Source: Chthoniobacteraceae bacterium (lineage in GTDB: Bacteria > Verrucomicrobiota > Verrucomicrobiia > Chthoniobacterales > Chthoniobacteraceae). From it: a stretch of 49,979 nucleotides of DNA. This document shows positions 47,587-49,979 of this stretch, piece by piece (positions within the stretch are counted from its first letter, which is position 1; each line of letters begins with the position of its first letter). The DNA is taken from NCBI GenBank assembly GCA_040081625.1, contig JBEBGD010000034.1:1-49979 (forward strand), read 5' to 3'. The notes below the pieces were generated by a model that ran no database searches, was not told where the DNA came from, and worked only from the letters and a program-made list of their open reading frames with translations. The translations under genes were made by a program, and so were the position numbers.

Positions 47587-49104
47587 TCAAGCGCCGGTCT
47601 TGAAGAGCAGCGAGTCGAGCCCTGAGGCTTTGCGGCGCTCGGCGAACCACATTCGGAAGGCGTTCTCGGTCTGGTAGCCGTTGAAGCGCCCGGCGAGGTT
47701 CACCTTTTCCTTTTGGAATGCGGCCTCGTCGATCGGCAGGCGCTTTTCCACGCGGAAGATGATGCGCTCGCCACCGCGCGCCGTGAGCACTTCGCTCAGC
47801 GTGCCTTCGGCCAGCTCGGCTTGAGCGCGCTGGATCTCGCGGATGCCGGGCTTCTCTTCTTTCGGCGGTTCGGCCATGGAAAACGCGGGCAGCTTCTCCG
47901 CGACGAGGCCCGCGACTTTCGCGGCGTCCTCGAAGGTTTTGCCGGCCTTCAGGTCGGCGTCGATTTTCGCGCGCGCCTCGGTCGCCTTCGCGGTGATCTT
48001 CTCGCTCGTGCGCTCGCGCTTGAGCACCTCGGTGAGCATGGGCTTCACCTCGTCGAGCGTCTGCTGGCGCGCAGGGGTGACGGCGGTGAGATGCATGACG
48101 TAATAACCGTCGTTCTTTTCGCTGATGACCGGGTCGCTGTTCGGCTGCTCGATCGTGAGCCTATCGAAGGCGGCGGCTGTCGCGGTGGAGGATTCGCCGA
48201 GCTCCTTCGGCGGCGCGCCGCGCGAGAACTCCGGCGTCTCGACGATTTTCACGGCGGTTTTCGCGGCGATCCCGTCGAGCTTTGCGCCCTTCTCCGCCAT
48301 CGCCACGGCGAACTCGTTCGATTTCTCCATGAGCTTTTGCAGCAAGGCGCCGCGCTGCGAGCCCTGGAGCTTCGACTCCTCCTCGGTGAGGACGAAAGTG
48401 GCGACCTTCACCTTACGCAACTGCTCGGTCTGGAAGTTCGCCTTCCGCTCGTCGTAGGCCTTCTTGAGATCCTCGTCGCTGATCTGGATCTCCTTCGCGA
48501 AGTCCGCTTCCTTCAGTCGCACGAGCGCGATCTCGACTTTTTGATTCAGGTCGGCGAAGGCCTCGCGCAACTCGGACGGCGACGCGGAGAGCGTGGTGCC
48601 GACGAGCGCCTTGAGCTTTTCCAGACGCAGGCTGTCGCGGACGGCTTCCTCGATTTGATCGTGCGTGAAGCCGAAGGAGGCGAGCCGCTGCGTGTAGAGT
48701 TCGTAGCGCGTCTTGTCGAACGCGCCGTTGTTTTGAAACGCCTGCAGCGCCTTGATCCCCTCGACGACTTCATCCTCCGTCGGCTCGATGCCGAGCGCCG
48801 CCGCCTCGTGCTGCAGCACGTAGGTGCCGAAGATGAAGTTCGGCTGCGCCTGCTCCATCGTGCGCGCGTCCCCGGCGAGCCCGCCCACGAGTTCAAACAT
48901 GCCGAGCTCCTGGCACATCTGCATCCGCCGCAGACCGCGCTGGTAATCGGTCAGCCGCACCGGGCGGTCGTAAATCATGCCGACCTTGCCGTCGTCGCCG
49001 CGGGTTTCGCGCGTCCCATTGTAAAACCAGACGAAGCTGATGATCGTGGCGACCGTCACGACGATCAGCAGAGCCTGCCGGTATTTGCGCATCAAGTTGA
49101 CCAT
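47587..49104 (-). CDS. SurA N-terminal domain / PpiD-like periplasmic chaperone
   Basis: N-terminal TM anchor, FQNNGAFDKTRY and TLDEVK; no clear parvulin catalytic motif. Confidence 0.8.
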   Translation of the reverse strand: MVNLMRKYRQALLIVVTVATIISFVWFYNGTRETRGDDGKVGMIYDRPVRLTDYQRGLRRMQMCQELGMFELVGGLAGDARTMEQAQPNFIFGTYVLQHEAAALGIEPTEDEVVEGIKALQAFQNNGAFDKTRYELYTQRLASFGFTHDQIEEAVRDSLRLEKLKALVGTTLSASPSELREAFADLNQKVEIALVRLKEADFAKEIQISDEDLKKAYDERKANFQTEQLRKVKVATFVLTEEESKLQGSQRGALLQKLMEKSNEFAVAMAEKGAKLDGIAAKTAVKIVETPEFSRGAPPKELGESSTATAAAFDRLTIEQPNSDPVISEKNDGYYVMHLTAVTPARQQTLDEVKPMLTEVLKRERTSEKITAKATEARAKIDADLKAGKTFEDAAKVAGLVAEKLPAFSMAEPPKEEKPGIREIQRAQAELAEGTLSEVLTARGGERIIFRVEKRLPIDEAAFQKEKVNLAGRFNGYQTENAFRMWFAERRKASGLDSLLFKTGA

Positions 49105-49195
49105 GGAGTGGGTGGGTGTTGGAAAAGTTTAGGTTTCGGGGTTGATTTCGAGAAAGGTGCGCGGATACGGTGCCGCCCCTCTCACGAAATAGCAC

Positions 49196-49979
49196 ATGAC
49201 CCTACGTGCCCCCGCAGATTTCCGGCAAATGATTTTTGCCATCGCTGTCTTCTTCGCGTTCGCGCCGGGCGCGACCGCGCAGCAGCAGCAGCATCTGCTC
49301 AAGCTAAAAGGCAACCCCGCGCCGCTCGCCGGCTTCGTGCTCGGCTCCGATGGGCGCACGGTGCAGTTCCAGACCGCCGCGGGAAAAGTCGGCTACCCGC
49401 TGCTCAACATCGAGTCGGTGACGATGCCCGAGCCGCCGGAAGCCGGGCAGGCCCGCGCTGCGCTGGCCACCGGCGACACCGCGAAGGCGCTCGAGGCCTC
49501 GCAGCTCGTGAGCCAGAAGTTCAAGGGCTTGCCGGTCGATTGGGCGAAGCTCGCCGCGAGCACGACCGCCAACCTCCTCGTCACCGCCGGCGACTTCGAC
49601 AAGGCCGACGCGGCCTTCAAGGAATTCGAGCTGCTCTACCCCGGCGCCGGCGGCTTGCTCACGAAGGTCGGCCTCGCCCGCATCGCCGTCGCGAAAAAGG
49701 ATTTCGCCGCCGCGAAGGACGCGCTCGGGCCCATCACCGAGGCGGCGCTGAAGGAAAAAAACGTCTCCCGCGAAAACGCGTTCGCCTACAGCCAGGCCTT
49801 CTACGCTTTTGGGCTCGTCAATGAGGCCGAAGGAAAAATGCAGGAGGCCCTCGAGAATTATTTGCGCACCGTCACCATTTTCTTCCATGATCCCACCGCG
49901 AGAGCCGGTGCGCAGAAACACGCCGACGACTTGCGCGCGCAAAACAAAGACAAACCCGTCACCGATCACATCGCTGTTC
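49196..49979 (+). CDS. Secreted TPR-like protein; runs off the 3' end (absent from the ORF track)
   Basis: Open frame MTLRAPADFRQMIFAIAVFFAFAPGATAQQQQ...AYSQAFYAFGLVNEAEGKMQEALENYLRTV with no stop in the window. Confidence 0.78.
   Translation, partial: MTLRAPADFRQMIFAIAVFFAFAPGATAQQQQHLLKLKGNPAPLAGFVLGSDGRTVQFQTAAGKVGYPLLNIESVTMPEPPEAGQARAALATGDTAKALEASQLVSQKFKGLPVDWAKLAASTTANLLVTAGDFDKADAAFKEFELLYPGAGGLLTKVGLARIAVAKKDFAAAKDALGPITEAALKEKNVSRENAFAYSQAFYAFGLVNEAEGKMQEALENYLRTVTIFFHDPTARAGAQKHADDLRAQNKDKPVTDHIAV

Noticed and set aside
45152..49969. Long alternative ORFs (681 aa, 703 aa and 221 aa)
   Set aside because: They cross the tRNA or lie antisense to the HEAT-like, PpiD-like and TPR genes.

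Overview
High-GC bacterial chromosomal segment of mostly core genes. The gene content and near absence of Shine-Dalgarno motifs suggest Verrucomicrobiota (Spartobacteria/Chthoniobacterales-like); this taxonomy is inference. In order, the window holds: a 5'-truncated giant ABCG-type exporter with FHA-like modules; an AstD-like aldehyde dehydrogenase; a pilB-pilT-pilB motor cluster; queG; a beta-helix protein; a Rieske/cytochrome b-diheme cytochrome c complex coupled to an acyltransferase and sucA; a Wzm/Wzt surface-polysaccharide cluster; aroB; an outer-membrane barrel plus lipoprotein cytochrome c pair; an LptF/G-type permease; a BNR protein; a ribulokinase/isomerase pair; an RRM protein; miaA; an SpmA-SpmB fusion; rplA-rplJ-rplL detached from rplK and rpoB; mqnE-mqnA; lysC; tRNA-Leu(CAA); a PpiD/SurA-like chaperone; and TPR proteins. 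No CRISPR array, integrase, transposase or prophage was seen. The most promising unexplained signals are (i) the barrel plus cytochrome c pair preceded by tandem Fur-like boxes, (ii) a structured, possibly pseudoknotted RNA between rplJ and rplL, (iii) a nested palindromic REP/REPIN-like element with a degenerate second copy, (iv) an RRM protein with RNase E-like disordered and amphipathic segments and a structured leader, and (v) several apparent leaderless genes. All calls come from reading the sequence by eye; no searches were run.
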